Notes under the pieces: generated by a model | What the model was told of the DNA's origin: nothing | Seen by the model: only the letters and a program-made list of their open reading frames with translations | Database searches by the model: none | Assembly: GCA_037379345.1 (NCBI GenBank) | Contig: CM074511.1 | Span: forward strand, 70,252,862-70,316,861 | Direction: 5' to 3' | DNA from: Perna viridis | Lineage: Eukaryota | Length of the DNA: 64,000 bases | Shown here: one piece after another, positions 51,206 to 64,000 of the stretch | Layout: every line of letters starts with the position of its first letter | How positions within the stretch are numbered: position 1 is the first letter of the stretch | Program-made: the position numbers and the translations under genes

Positions 51206-52559
51206 TTAAATAATTCTGAAAGACATCTTTAAATGCATGATAATAAAGTTACCCAGTGAGGTTAGAGACTCCAGAGAAATCCTTTACTGGTGTACAATCA
51301 CATTTTAAATCAAGTACTGATCACAGTACATATTGTTCAGAGCTTCTATGAAAGGTTGTAACCTTCTAAACTGTTTACATTAAACCATATGGTACATATG
51401 TAAAATGTTTACTCATTAGACAGACTGGTATTTATGAAAGTCCTCAGAAAAAATAACTTTCTCACCAGATTTCTGTCTAATGATAAATTTGTTTATAAAT
51501 TATGAAAATTCAGTACAGATCTAAAGGCTGAATGAAGTAATTTGGGAATCTGTCTCATATCAGGTACGAGAACACAATTAATTCCCCTTGGTTTTCGTTG
51601 TATACGAGTATAGTTCCAACTTTGGTAGTAGGTACCTTCCTCATTTTTTAATATTTTTACTGGAAACTTATTTGCTGAAGTTTTGCCTCTAATTGGTAGA
51701 AAATAGGTTTAATTTACATGGGATTTTTTTCATTAATCAATTCTGACTAAAAGTTGTGATTTGGTTCAGTGGAAGAAGGTTAAAATTTAGTTCATTTGTC
51801 ATGTTGACCCCATCTCCGAGTTATATGTATTAATTTCAGAAAATTATGGTAAAATTTTCTACAATTTATATATAAAGTCCTGTTTGTACATATCTTTAGG
51901 CCAGAGAAGTTTTATTCAGTTTGCGCCAGAGGAATTTTTTTAATCTGCTCAAATGTGTATATTGAAATGCACTTAAAAATTAATTGTGGTCTCGTGCCAT
52001 CAAAAGATATCATTTGATTATTTTTTCCTCCCATCTTTAGTATTTTTTGAGGGAATCAATAAGACTTATATATCTTTTCCCTGACCGTGTCCCTTCATCA
52101 CTCCTTATTTGTGGTAGACCATATCCTAACTTACCTGTCAATTTCATAGAATTTTGTTTTGAATCCTTAAAAATGATATGAAAACTTAGAATCAATACTT
52201 TTGTCCTTTTTACATCTGATTAATATAACTAGTGCAGATTTTACTGACATTAATATAACTATTAATTTCTTTCCTAGATTTACTGACATTTTTAGATAGG
52301 AGAGGTTTTATACATGTTAAATAACAACAAAATATTTGTAATAATTGTGTTAATTAATGACCTTGTCAGGAGAAATAGACAATCTCTCTAGATAATAAAT
52401 AATTACATTTTTTCTTTAAATTGTAAACAAACATCCAATTTCTGTCAAAGAGTTACAAGATATGATGTTAGTTTTCTTGGTATAGATTGACTTTATAAAT
52501 GACTGCTAAAAAAATTGCTGTGTAGGACAATGGTACCACGCTGTCATTGTCCTCTGTAG

Positions 52560-53040
52560 ACGTTTCATGTCTGGACAGTTACTTGAGTATAAGTGAATAG
52601 ATATTTATGAAATTATACCACAAGGTGGCATACCACAATAGGAAACCTGGGATTGATTTTGGGGTTTTGTGACTTGAACCGTTAAGAAATTAGGGACCAG
52701 AAATAGGCCAGAAACAAGCATTTTAATATTTCCAGACAATGAATGGATCTCTTTGACATTGTAACACTATGTATTAAACCACAAAGGCATTAGAGCAATT
52801 AAGAGTCAAAAACAAGCATTTTCCTGATATCTGGACATTAACTTGTCTATTAGTGAATGGATCTTTTTAATATTGGACCACAAGGTGCCATATGACCAAA
52901 GGAAGTCTTTTATTGATTTTTGGGGTTGTGATATGAACTGTTAAGGAATGAGAGGCCAAAAAGGGGCCAGAAACAAGCATATTCATGATTTCCAGACAAT
53001 AGCTTAAGTAAATATGAATTTGTACCACAAGGTGTCATAG
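52560..53040. repeat. Decayed HINE-type internal satellite units (~150 bp)
   Basis: Repeated accacaaggtg.cata...ttgattttgggg...ggccagaaacaagcat...ttccagacaat. Confidence 0.6.
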
Positions 53041-55617
53041 TAACTAGCATGAATGGTGTGCCCATACTTGTCCCAACTGTCCGGATTAAACCTCCACATC
53101 ATATCAAGCTGTGCCCTGCAAAGCATTACATTGGTTATAAAGTATGATGTTGTTTTATTTTTATAGAACAACTTTTTGTTTTTCCCCCTTGCTATTGAAT
53201 GACTTTTCACTGATGAGATATAGTGTTTGTTTTCATTTGAAAGAATGATTATTTTATTCTTAACAAAATGTACATTTGTTTCTTTGTTAAGGAAGATCAA
53301 ATTTTTGATAAGTACATAATAACATTTGATTTTTATTTTGATAGTGAAGTTTTTCATAACAAAGATAAATAACTGGTTGTATGCCAAGTGATTTGTCTGT
53401 CAAACTTTATAACTTGAAGACTTTGATCATGTGAGTTATGTCCCTTGGTTCAAGGCATGCAGGTGTACAGGAAATATTGCATTTAATGAATTACTTTCCT
53501 TTGATATATAATACATATCGATTTTAATTAGGATATTTGTGGAGGGACTGAGTCATTTATAGAATGTTGGATGTGATTTTGTTCATGAAATATGAATGAT
53601 TTTGAATTGTCTGCATCAACAGATGACCTTGATTTTTGTTTTATAATTTAATTGCCTTTGTTTGTTTTTTAACTGAGGAAATTCACAGTCTCTATGTTGT
53701 ATATGACAAATTGTAGCGTGTGTACATACATACTACACAACTTTTTATCATCACAATTTTGCCATACAATCAAGAGCATTGCTCTATTTCATCTGACTTG
53801 TCGTTGGTAAACTTGGGGAGTAACCAATCTAAGTATGTATGGTGGTTAGAAAAATTCCTGCATCAATTCCATAGTGCCAATTTTAAGTCAGTCACATTTT
53901 TGGCAGTGATAAAAACACTGCTACATTTTCTGAATTTCGATTAATTAAATGTTTTCTGACTATTCTAATTGTATTTGATGATGTTTTTTCAGTTCTTTTT
54001 CATTTCTTTTTCATATTTAGTTCAGTTTCATTAAAAATATAAAATTCCTGATTTGATCTAGAATTGAGTGACATATTTGGTATAACTGTGATAAGATGAA
54101 CATAGATTTAATCTATATTGTCCACCATACAAATATTGTCCAGTGTTTGAAAGGATTAGTAGATTATCTTTATTTGTCAATGATTTATGATTATGTGCCC
54201 AGTACAGAGATAATCAACACCTCCATGTTTGCTGAAGGCCATATTATGACCTGTCCTGGGCAGTCAGGTGAAATACAATAGCCATATTTTATAGGAATAC
54301 ATAAATGAAGCTGTGGTCATATTTCATATAAAATATTACATCACAAATGTGTATAACCATGTAGTATTGTAAATGCTTTAGTTTATGGATTAAATGTCTG
54401 TTTTGGACTATTTTTTTGCGTAATGGCTAGTGTGAGATAAATCAGGTAAAATAATGCTTGGTATATTTGAATTAGTTGCATGTTTTTGAACTCTAGTCTG
54501 GTAATATTCTGCATGGGTTCAATCATGTTTGTATACAGATGTCACCCAGTTTTACCCACTATACAGATGTTGATAGAAACCATAAGCCTGTGTTCTATTT
54601 TGGGAATTGTAGATTTAGTTGTACTAATTGTATGCATTTTTCATCTGTGTTCCCTGGGATATGGAGATTAGCATTGATTTAGAGCCTGTCTAATCTGTCA
54701 AATGTTTAGATAACGGCCTGGTTGTTCCAGTGTGAAAACAGCTGATAATACCCTAGAGCTGCAAAGTCTTACTATAAAATGTTCCATTTTGTTGCTTATA
54801 CATGTAGGTAGCATGAGTTTGTAATGACCTTGAATGAACATTTGAAGGATGTTATGATGAGATTGGGCTTGTTGACTCATTGCTCTTTTATGATAAGAAA
54901 ATTCAATTTATTGGTGCATAACAATGTAGTATTATCCTTTGATAGCACTAGTTACTTTTTGATGTCTCAAATTTTCTACATGTTCTAATAAGTTTCTTGA
55001 CTAAATTTATTTTGGTTTGAGGGAATGTCTCAGGCTTCATTAATGATGGAACATTTTTTTACTGGTTTTGTCTCAGAAAAAAATGCACTGAGATTGTTTT
55101 GAGTCATTAGATATCAGTATATTGACTCAGAAATTGAATCCATTTGTTTGATAAGACAGCACTATTTTAGTTCTTTGATTATGTATCAGTTTGCTTTGTC
55201 TATATGGAAATTGAGATGAATGTTTTTGTTCTAGAGAATGCTGTAATTGAAAACTGATTAATATTATCCTGGTGGTAAGTGGGATGATAGTTACTTTTAT
55301 TAACCTTTCTCTAATATTAATAAAATATAAGATGAAAACATCTGTTCTTGTAAATTGGCTTAACCTACTGCTGGTTTCATCAAACAGTAAGGTAAGTTAT
55401 ATTGTATTTTGTCTGCTTTCCTACAGTGATATAGTCTGTCAAACACTAAGTTACTGCTTTCTCCATTCACTGTAAGATCTGTATAGATTCTGTAAGAATT
55501 TCTTGTACATATGTGTTTAAAGAAGGCTGCTGTAGTATCTGTTCTGCAGGTTGCTCAGAAACTGACTGTGAATCATGTTGTATGCTGTTACATTTCACCA
55601 TATTGGTTCTATTGCTT

Positions 55618-55739
55618 CATTGGTTTATACTGTTACATACTACAGACACAATGTAGGTCATTGGTTTATACTGGTACATACTACAGAGACAATGTAGGTC
55701 ATTGGTTTATACTGGTACATACTACAGAGACAATGTAGG
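55618..55739. repeat. 41-bp unit x3
   Basis: cattggtttatactggtacatactacagagacaatgtaggt. Confidence 0.92.
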
Positions 55740-58269
55740 AAACATATATTCTCTGTTGTGACCTGGTTGTTGACAGGCTTGTCCTTTATACTGTTGACTG
55801 TGAACTGTCTAAACTTTTATATAGCTGTATAGCTCATTGGGTATTCTTTATTAAGGTATGATATAATGTCTTGTCATCATACTTTCATGGTAAATTTTAA
55901 GTTTTGGTCATTTCTAACATAGGCTTTTAAAAGTTTTTTTTGATGAGAAGGAAGTTGGTATGAATACAACATTTGTACTATATAACAAAAGTTTCATATA
56001 TGACTTGTGTTATTGTTTTGTAGAACATTTGTTTGTTGTGTCTATGTAGAAGTATAAACAGCTTAATGTTTTTATTCTCACCTGATCTTTCAGTTAATTA
56101 AGATAAACATTACCTTTCATCCAGTATCTATGCAACTTATCAATAAAAGTCATAAATATTAGATTATAGTTAGAGATTGGTGTAATTACTTGTATGTCCA
56201 ATAAAATCACAGACAAAATATTACCTTTTATTCTATCTTAGATAATGAGGAATTTTTTTTTCACAATTATAATTACATGTCATTAAAGTGTAATAACAGA
56301 TTTTGACAATTAATGATTTGGAAAGCTAATGATTATCAATATTTAGTGACTTGTTACATCTCATTGATGGTAGCCTATGATAATTCTTCCTTATCTTTTG
56401 AAATGTAATAACTTGTTGTGCTTGGCTGCATCAGTTCTCCTATCTTAATATTATTCCCATGGTCTACAATTAGGTTCATCACTCTCTAGACTTGCTATCA
56501 GTGTCTCTGTCAGGAATTGAACTTAAAACTTGGCTTGGTAACCTACAGCAAAATTATGGTAGCCAATGAATTACACAAGAAAAGCTGAATTTTTTAAAAT
56601 CTTTTGCCAAATTTTGGGGTCCATAGGCCATTGTCAGGGTCTTTTTTCTGCTCCCTGTGATATGAAAAACAGTGATGAAATATATATTGTTACTATCTAA
56701 CCTTTGGACTTCAGTTTTTTTTTTTAAATTAATAGTGAATCATATATTGCACAGGATACAGAGAAACTTGTAGAAGTCAACTGATTTATTATAGTAGGTT
56801 TGGGTATTTTATTAAATAGGTCTAAAATTGTAAAGACACCATTGAACTATTATGAAATAATAGTTATGAAACCTGAGATTAAGATTATGTCCAGTAGTTT
56901 TAGTAGTTTGAATGATAAAACAGTTTTAGTAGGAAATAAAACAACTGATGAACTTAGTCAATATAATATTAAGTCTTCATTTGTTGCAGATGGTTTTCTT
57001 TGAAAAGAAATGTTACTCATCTCAGCTTTCATAATAATATATATGACACAAACTTGACAACAGTCTCATCACACATTTACCAAAACCAGACAGGATATTT
57101 CTTACTCTATATATCAACTGAGAATGACCAAATACCATCTGAGAAGTTCACCTAGAGTGAATTTTACTGACAGAGAATCAATGAACTGATAAACTGTCTG
57201 ATGGTTCTGATGGATAAAGTTGTTGCTAACTCATCTAAAGTCACTTCAAAATATAATATTTATGTTCATTGATGGAATTATATTTGTCAGATAGATGGGA
57301 AGAGTTATGACAAGACACGTGATGCAGAACTATGTTCTTACTAGGATGCAGTCATATAGTGATAATTCATACAGGTTTAAAACACAGAGGTACTCAGTTT
57401 ATACCTGAGAGTTGTTATCATTTGTAACCACAGCATTTGTTCGAAAATCTTTTTTTTTTGGAAACAGAAACAATTCTATCGAAAGTTCTGTCTGTTGACT
57501 TTAATAAGAAAGTGAATAATATGTTGACTATACATCCAAATGGCTTCCTTACTTTATACTACATTACTTCCTTACTTTTCTAAGAATTGTTTCTTAAGTG
57601 CCTTTTTTTCACCTTCTTTAGCCAGAAGTGGTTTCCTTATTGTATCTTTTGTTAACCGAACTTATATCTCAATAGTGTTGGAATTTGCATGTTTTTGTTG
57701 CATATCTTGAAAGCACATTCCATAATACTGATTGACATGCTAGACGTAGGATACAAAAAGCAACTTTTTATCTGACTAGGGAAATTTACAGTGGATTATA
57801 AATATTATGGGAGATCAATTAATAGGGTGCATCTGTTAAGTTGGAGTTGTTACAACATTTATGTTAAAACTAATTGATTATTTATAAGATATTGGTGGGG
57901 TGTTCACTGATGATAAGGAGCACATCTGAGTCCTGCCTCATTAGCTGTGTAAAATCACCTGAGATAACATACAGACACTGTACAGCTGACCTACTGGACC
58001 AAGTTATCAATCATTGAAAGGTCAGCAACAATTTTTGCTTGCAAAATTATTAGTATTTTATTTTGACAATTTTTGTGAGTTGAAGCTTTGATTTTTTTTT
58101 AATTACAGATTTTATTAATTAAGAACTGATGATCATGGACCCTGTTCTTGTGTTGTAGCTGGTTAATGTTGTAAAATTTGTTTTCCTTTTCTAGACTGTA
58201 TTTTGTCCATATATCAAATCATCCTGTAATTTGTCTTTTTGTCAAATATCGCTCATGTTGAATAGATTA

Positions 58270-58470
58270 TGTGTAACACAGCTTTTGATTGGTCAATCTA
58301 TCAACATTCTGTGATTGCTCTTTCTGTCACACAGCACATGATTGGTCATTCTGTCACATACCCAGAGTTCGGTCTATCTGTCACACAGCACATGATTGGT
58401 CTTCTTGTCACATACCCAGAGTTCGTTCTATTTGTCACACAGCACATGATTGGTCATTCTGTCAAGCACC
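58270..58470. repeat. 27-bp alternating units (54-bp dimer)
   Basis: ctgtcacacagcacatgattggtcatt alternates with ctgtcacatacccagagttcggtctat. Confidence 0.85.
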
Positions 58471-58599
58471 CTGCTTGTCGTGTGAATTTGTCTTGCTTAG
58501 AAGTCTTGGTGGCTGCTGTCAGGTACAGTAATCACTGTGAGTATATAACTATTCTATTCATCAGTCAGCAGTGGTTTATGCACTAAATATTATATACCA

Positions 58600-60625
58600 G
58601 TAGTCTATTTCACTTGTACTGTAGATAATTTCAGTGAATACTATATTGTCTAACTCTAGTATTGTAAATAGTTTCAATAAATTCTATGTAATCTTTTGCT
58701 TTGATACTATAAATAGTTTCACGATACCACATAGTCTATTTCTCCAGCACTGTAAATGGTTTCAGTGAATACTTTCTAGTCTATCTCTCTAGTACTGTGA
58801 ATGGTTACAGTGAATATTTTCTATTCTATTTCTTTAGCACTGTAGCACCATCTATCAGTGTAAATGGTTTCAGTGAATACAGTATAGTCTGTCTAATTAG
58901 TACTGTAAATTGTTTCCGTGAATACTATATAGTCTATTTCTCTAGCAATGTAAATAGTTTCAGTGTATACTGTATAGTTTATTTCTCTAGTACTGTAAAT
59001 GGTTTCGGTGTATACTGTATAGTATATTTCTCTAGCAATGTAAATGGTTTCAGTGTATACTGTATAGTCTATTTCTCTATTACTGTAAATGGTTTCAGTA
59101 AATACTTCCTAGTATGTCTCTTGCACTGTAAATGGTTTCAGTGAATACTATATTGTCTATTTCTCTAGCATTGTAAATGGTTTCAGTGAATACTTTCTAG
59201 TGTATTGCTCTAGTACTGTAAATGGTTACAGTGAATATTTTTTATTCTATTTCTCTAGCACTGTAAGTGGTTTCAGTGAATAGTTTCTAGTTTATCTATC
59301 TAGCATTGTAAATGGTTTCAGTGTGTACTGTATAGTCTATTTCTCTAGCAATGTAAATGGTTTCAGTGTATATTGTATAGTCTATTTCTCTATTACTGTA
59401 AATGGTTTCAGTGAATACTATATTGTCTATTTCTCTAGCACTGTAAATGGTTTCAGTGAATACTTTCTAGTGTATTGCTCTAGTACTGTAAATGGTTACA
59501 GTGAATATTTTTTACTCTATTTCTCCAGCACTGTAAATGGTTTCAGTGAATACTTTCTAGTCTATCTCTCTAGTACTGTGAATGGTTACAGTGAATATTT
59601 TCTATTCTATTTCTTTAGCACTGTAGCACCATCTATCAGTGTAAATGGTTTCAGTGAATACAGTATAGTCTGTCTAATTAGTACTGTAAATTGTTTCCGT
59701 GAATACTATATAGTCTATTTCTCTAGCAATGTAAATAGTTTCAGTGTATACTGTATAGTTTATTTCTCTAGTACTGTAAATGGTTTCGGTGTATACTGTA
59801 TAGTATATTTCTCTAGCAATGTAAATGGTTTCAGTGTATACTGTATAGTTCATTTCTTTAGCATTGTAAATGGTTTCGGTGTATACTGTATAGTCTGTTT
59901 CTCTAGCAATGTAAATAGTTTCTGTGTATACTGTATGGTTTATCTTTCTAGTACTGTAAATGGTTTCGGTGTATACTGTATAGTCTATTTCTCTAGCAAT
60001 GTAAATGGTTTCAGTGTATATTGTATAGTCTATTTCTCTATTACTGTAAATTGTTTCAGTCAATACTTCCTAGTATGTCTCTTGCACTGTAAATGGTTTC
60101 AGTGAATACTATATTGTCTATTTCTCTAGCACTGTCAATGGTTTCAGTGAATACTTTCTAGTCTATTGCTCTAGTACTGTAAATGGTTATAGTGAATATT
60201 TTCTACTATATTTCTCTGGCACTTTAAGTGGTTTCAGTGAATAGTTTCTACTTTATCTATCTAGCATTGTAAATGGTCTCAGTGTATACTGTATAGTCTA
60301 TTTCTCTAGCAATGTAAATGGTTTCAGTGTATATTGTATAGTCTATTTCTCTAGCAATGTAAATAGTTTCAGTGTATACTGTATAGTTTATTTCTCTAGT
60401 ACTGTAAATGGTTTCGGTGTATATTGTATAGTCTATTTCTCGAGGACTGTAATTGGTTTCAGTGAATACTGTATAGTATATTTCTCTAATACTGTAAAAG
60501 GTTCCAGTGTATACTATATGATCTATTTCTCTAGCAATGTAAATTGTTTCAGTGTATACAATATGGTCTATTTCTATAGCACTGTAATTGGTTTCAGTGA
60601 ATACTATATATTCTTGATATATCTC
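58600..60625. repeat. 2-kb minisatellite, 45-bp unit, with block duplication
   Basis: tagtctatttctctagcactgtaaatggtttcagtgaatactgta repeated. The block starting at 58740 recurs at 59521, including the unique interruption gcaccatctatcagt. Confidence 0.95.
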
Positions 60626-63600
60626 TCTAGTATAGTAGATGGTTAATGGTCAGTTATTGTCTATCAATCTCACAACTTGTGATTGTTTTAATCATATAAT
60701 TAACTCTGATGTAAAATATTTATTTCTACAAGTTAAAATTGATAGATAGCATGCCAACAGCCTATTAGTCTAACTGTGGATTTATTGTCGGAGAAGATCA
60801 GAACCAATTATCTAATGTCTCCTATGTTCCTGGAGATAATACGGGGAATAATTGTCCAACATAAATGTGCATCAAGTTTGAATGTCACTGCAATAACACT
60901 CTGCAGTAGAAACCACAAATTGCTTTTCCTTCTGTAGTATAAATTGAAGTTATGTATGGACGAAAAATTTCAGATATGATCAGACAAATGAAGGAAAGAT
61001 TATTTGGTAATGTAATAAATGTATCATTATTGTTGGTTATATTGTTACATGGATGGTGTAATTAAGATTAAGTGAGAGTACTTGGTCAATATTGGTCAAG
61101 CCCTGTGTAATGATTGTTGCTAACCATCATTTATGGTTTTCTAAATGTAGTAAGTGGTAGTTTTCTCAAGGAGAAAATTATTGGGTTGAGGCTTTCTTGT
61201 GAAAATTTATGTAATTCTAGTGTAAAATAATTAGTTGTGTAATGATACAATGAGTGACAACACAATCGATTGATTGATTAGTCTATTTTTGGGTTTTGGT
61301 GAGAAATTGAGAAGGTTATATAGACTATAGGTTTTGGTATTTTATAACTTCTAGCTAAAGGTCAGTAATTATTGTGTCTGAAAATCTTATGTTGTCATGA
61401 TTTATTTTTTAAATAAGAGGACAGAATTACAGGTGTGTTGATATGTAGAAATCTTGAACTTATTTACAAATGTCAACTTCAGAGTTTTCACTAAAATAAT
61501 CTGATAACAGTTGTTAATCTATTGTTGTAATATTAAAACTAGTATAATTGTGTTAAGTTGTTATAGGTCAGGTTTGTGAAAGCTTGTGTTTTACAGGGCG
61601 GAGCATTCGTATAGTACTCTCTGCATTGGTATTGTTCTAAAGTTCTTTCACAGACTTTAATAAAACTTGATATCACTTCTTGATGGTACCAATTGCCAGC
61701 TCATATTTATGTTCATTAGGGCATGACCAGATCTAATCTCATTTATTTAAAATTTGATAATAGCAAATTGTTGTGAGGGGTCAGACTTCCAATAAAAGAC
61801 TTTTTCTTTCTTAATCATAACAAATAACATATACAGAAATCAATAGTCAGCTTTATACTCCTGCTGTTGTTGATTATGAAAACTTAAAAGATTTTTTTGC
61901 AGTTTTTTTCTTTGTTCTTTGTTTTGTTCATTGTTTAAACTGATCACTGCATGTTAATGGTTAGAATAATACAGTTAGATGATTTAAAACATGTCAATTG
62001 AAGAAGAAAATGAAATTATGAAAGAAAATGTGAAAAATATTGATTGTAATATTGAAGCACAACATAGTATTATCCTATATGGTTCTGGATCATTGAAGTG
62101 TTAGATCTAACACCTGAGTAAAAACTTCATGTGAGAACTGAAGGCATCAAAAGTAGGTACTGCTTATCTTTGTAGGTTTATTTTTTTTTAGGAAATTGCT
62201 GTATATTAGCCATTATTAATATTCTTAGATTAGGGATCATTTTAGATAAATAAAAGTATAGGTTAGCTTAATTTTTTCAAATTTTCATTTTTGACATTAG
62301 AACTTTATCTCATCTATCAGTGCCATGTAACTTGAGTTGGAAGAATATAGATTTCCTCTGAAGATACTGTTTTGTAATTGAAATTATTAATATCTTGAAA
62401 AATATATTTAAGCTGCTTCTGAACAGGAAGTCTTGCATGATTAATGAAGGCTATGAATACTGATGTTCAAAATACAAGTTAAACTTAGTGTCTGATTTAA
62501 ATATTTAATTGCATCGCATGATTGTTTTTTCAGTATTTTAAAATTTATTTTTGAAATCTTCACACAGCTAATTCAAGTTCATTGTGATGTTAGATTTGAG
62601 CATAAAACTGTTTCCCATAGACTTACTGTAATATATTAATTTAAGGTTTTTTTTCCATTGTTTGTAAACATTCAGTCTCAACCATTGAGAGTAGAAGTTG
62701 GGTTGAAGGAGGGGTTTAACGTGCAGATTTCTGGAGACAGCAATATTGATGTATTGTTGGATCCTAGTTCAGGTTTCGTTGGCCTGTTTCACTCCATTGA
62801 GTTTCAATAGAACATGTAGATCTTGTTTCCTCACTTTACAAACTTTCACCCCTTTAATTTATCTGTCAATTCTGGTGACAAATGTAAGGGTACCATTACT
62901 ATATAGTATTATTGATCACAGATGCCAGGCTTTGGCAGGGAAGTTGGCAATATCATTTAAATTTTCTAGTTTAATTTAAGTGATTGAGGTTTGATCATTT
63001 TGCTGGAATTGGATTGTAGAATTGTAGACTTGCGTTATGGAATTACTTGTCATTTTATGGTAAGTTTTAATGATGGCAGTTAGAATTGTCTAGGGGTTGG
63101 TAAATTTGTTACCAGACAATAAGACAATTACAATAGTATCAAGGATATTACATTATCTACTGGTTCCTTTTGTATTGGTAATAAGATAAAGGGAAACAGT
63201 AGCTCTATTAAACCTATTACAGTGAATTGGACAATTTTATGGAGCAATTCTTTGGTCTATTACTTATTGAATATTCTACATGGGGTGTTACAGATTTTTT
63301 GTGTGAAAACATTTGTTGATGATTTGATGTACAGTTTTGTGAAGAATCATTGGGTCTGTTGATGAGACTGGTAATAATAATCAGATCAGACAGCTATTAT
63401 ATTAAGGCTTTTAAAGCTGTCATGCATTGTTTAGTATTGTACACAGACCTATGTAACTCAAGCTTACTATGTCAGATTTTCTTTTCATTTTCAATTTGTT
63501 CGAGCTTGACTTTCACCCTAAACTCAATTTATTATGACAGCTGGCTGGAGCTATTACCCTTTTGCAATTCAGTGTCGTCCATAAGTTCACTCTGTGTGGT

Positions 63601-64000
63601 ACTGACTATTGTAAATCATATTTTCAAAGAAGCATGTGTATATGTTTTTCCACATTTATTAAATTTATAAAAGTAATTGAAGAGGTGTGATAAAAAAGTA
63701 CAAAGATTTCATTATTGTTAATAATAAAGGCTTAAAAATACTTGTCAAAATCTTGGACAAAGATTATTTAGAGGTCAATACTGACCTGTTCCCCTGCTGA
63801 GTAAACTCAGCTGTCCATACAAAGGAACATGACTGGGAACAGTTTTATAGATCAGTGGTAAATATATTAATTTTTCTCAGGTGATAAAATCACACATCAA
63901 AGTGCTTGTTCTACAAAGACTTTAATCAGAGCACTTCTAACTCAAGTGCTCCTTATGTACATGTATCATTCATGACAAAGTTGTCCTTTTGACTCCTTGA

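Noticed and set aside
59323-60105. 260-aa protein-coding gene
   Set aside because: Lies wholly within a 45-bp minisatellite, has a non-ATG start, and neighbouring units are frameshifted.

Overview
AT-rich eukaryotic, almost entirely non-coding DNA. The repeat repertoire (Helentron/HINE-type elements with internal ~170 bp satellites, CR1-type and Penelope-like reverse transcriptase (RT) fragments, tRNA-headed and RTE-tail-like short retroposons, many MITEs) suggests a bivalve mollusc such as an oyster or pearl oyster; this is inference. There is no intact long gene, no CRISPR array and no rRNA, and nearly all ORFs in the track are spurious or derive from repeats. The window has two halves. Bases 1 to ~21 kb are CpG-containing and packed with nested transposons, with a few candidate minus-strand exons near the left edge. 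Bases ~22-64 kb are strongly CpG-depleted and T/G-skewed on the + strand, which looks like a very long methylated intron of a + strand gene. That gene has a candidate first exon near 21.3 kb, a candidate first coding exon at 26121-26205, and many unrelated minisatellites. The most interesting object is a ~500 nt multi-hairpin non-coding retroposon present as two full copies and one tail-only copy, each with a target-site duplication (TSD) and a microsatellite tail that matches the start of its target site. I did not find a clearly new biological system; the findings are candidates to check.
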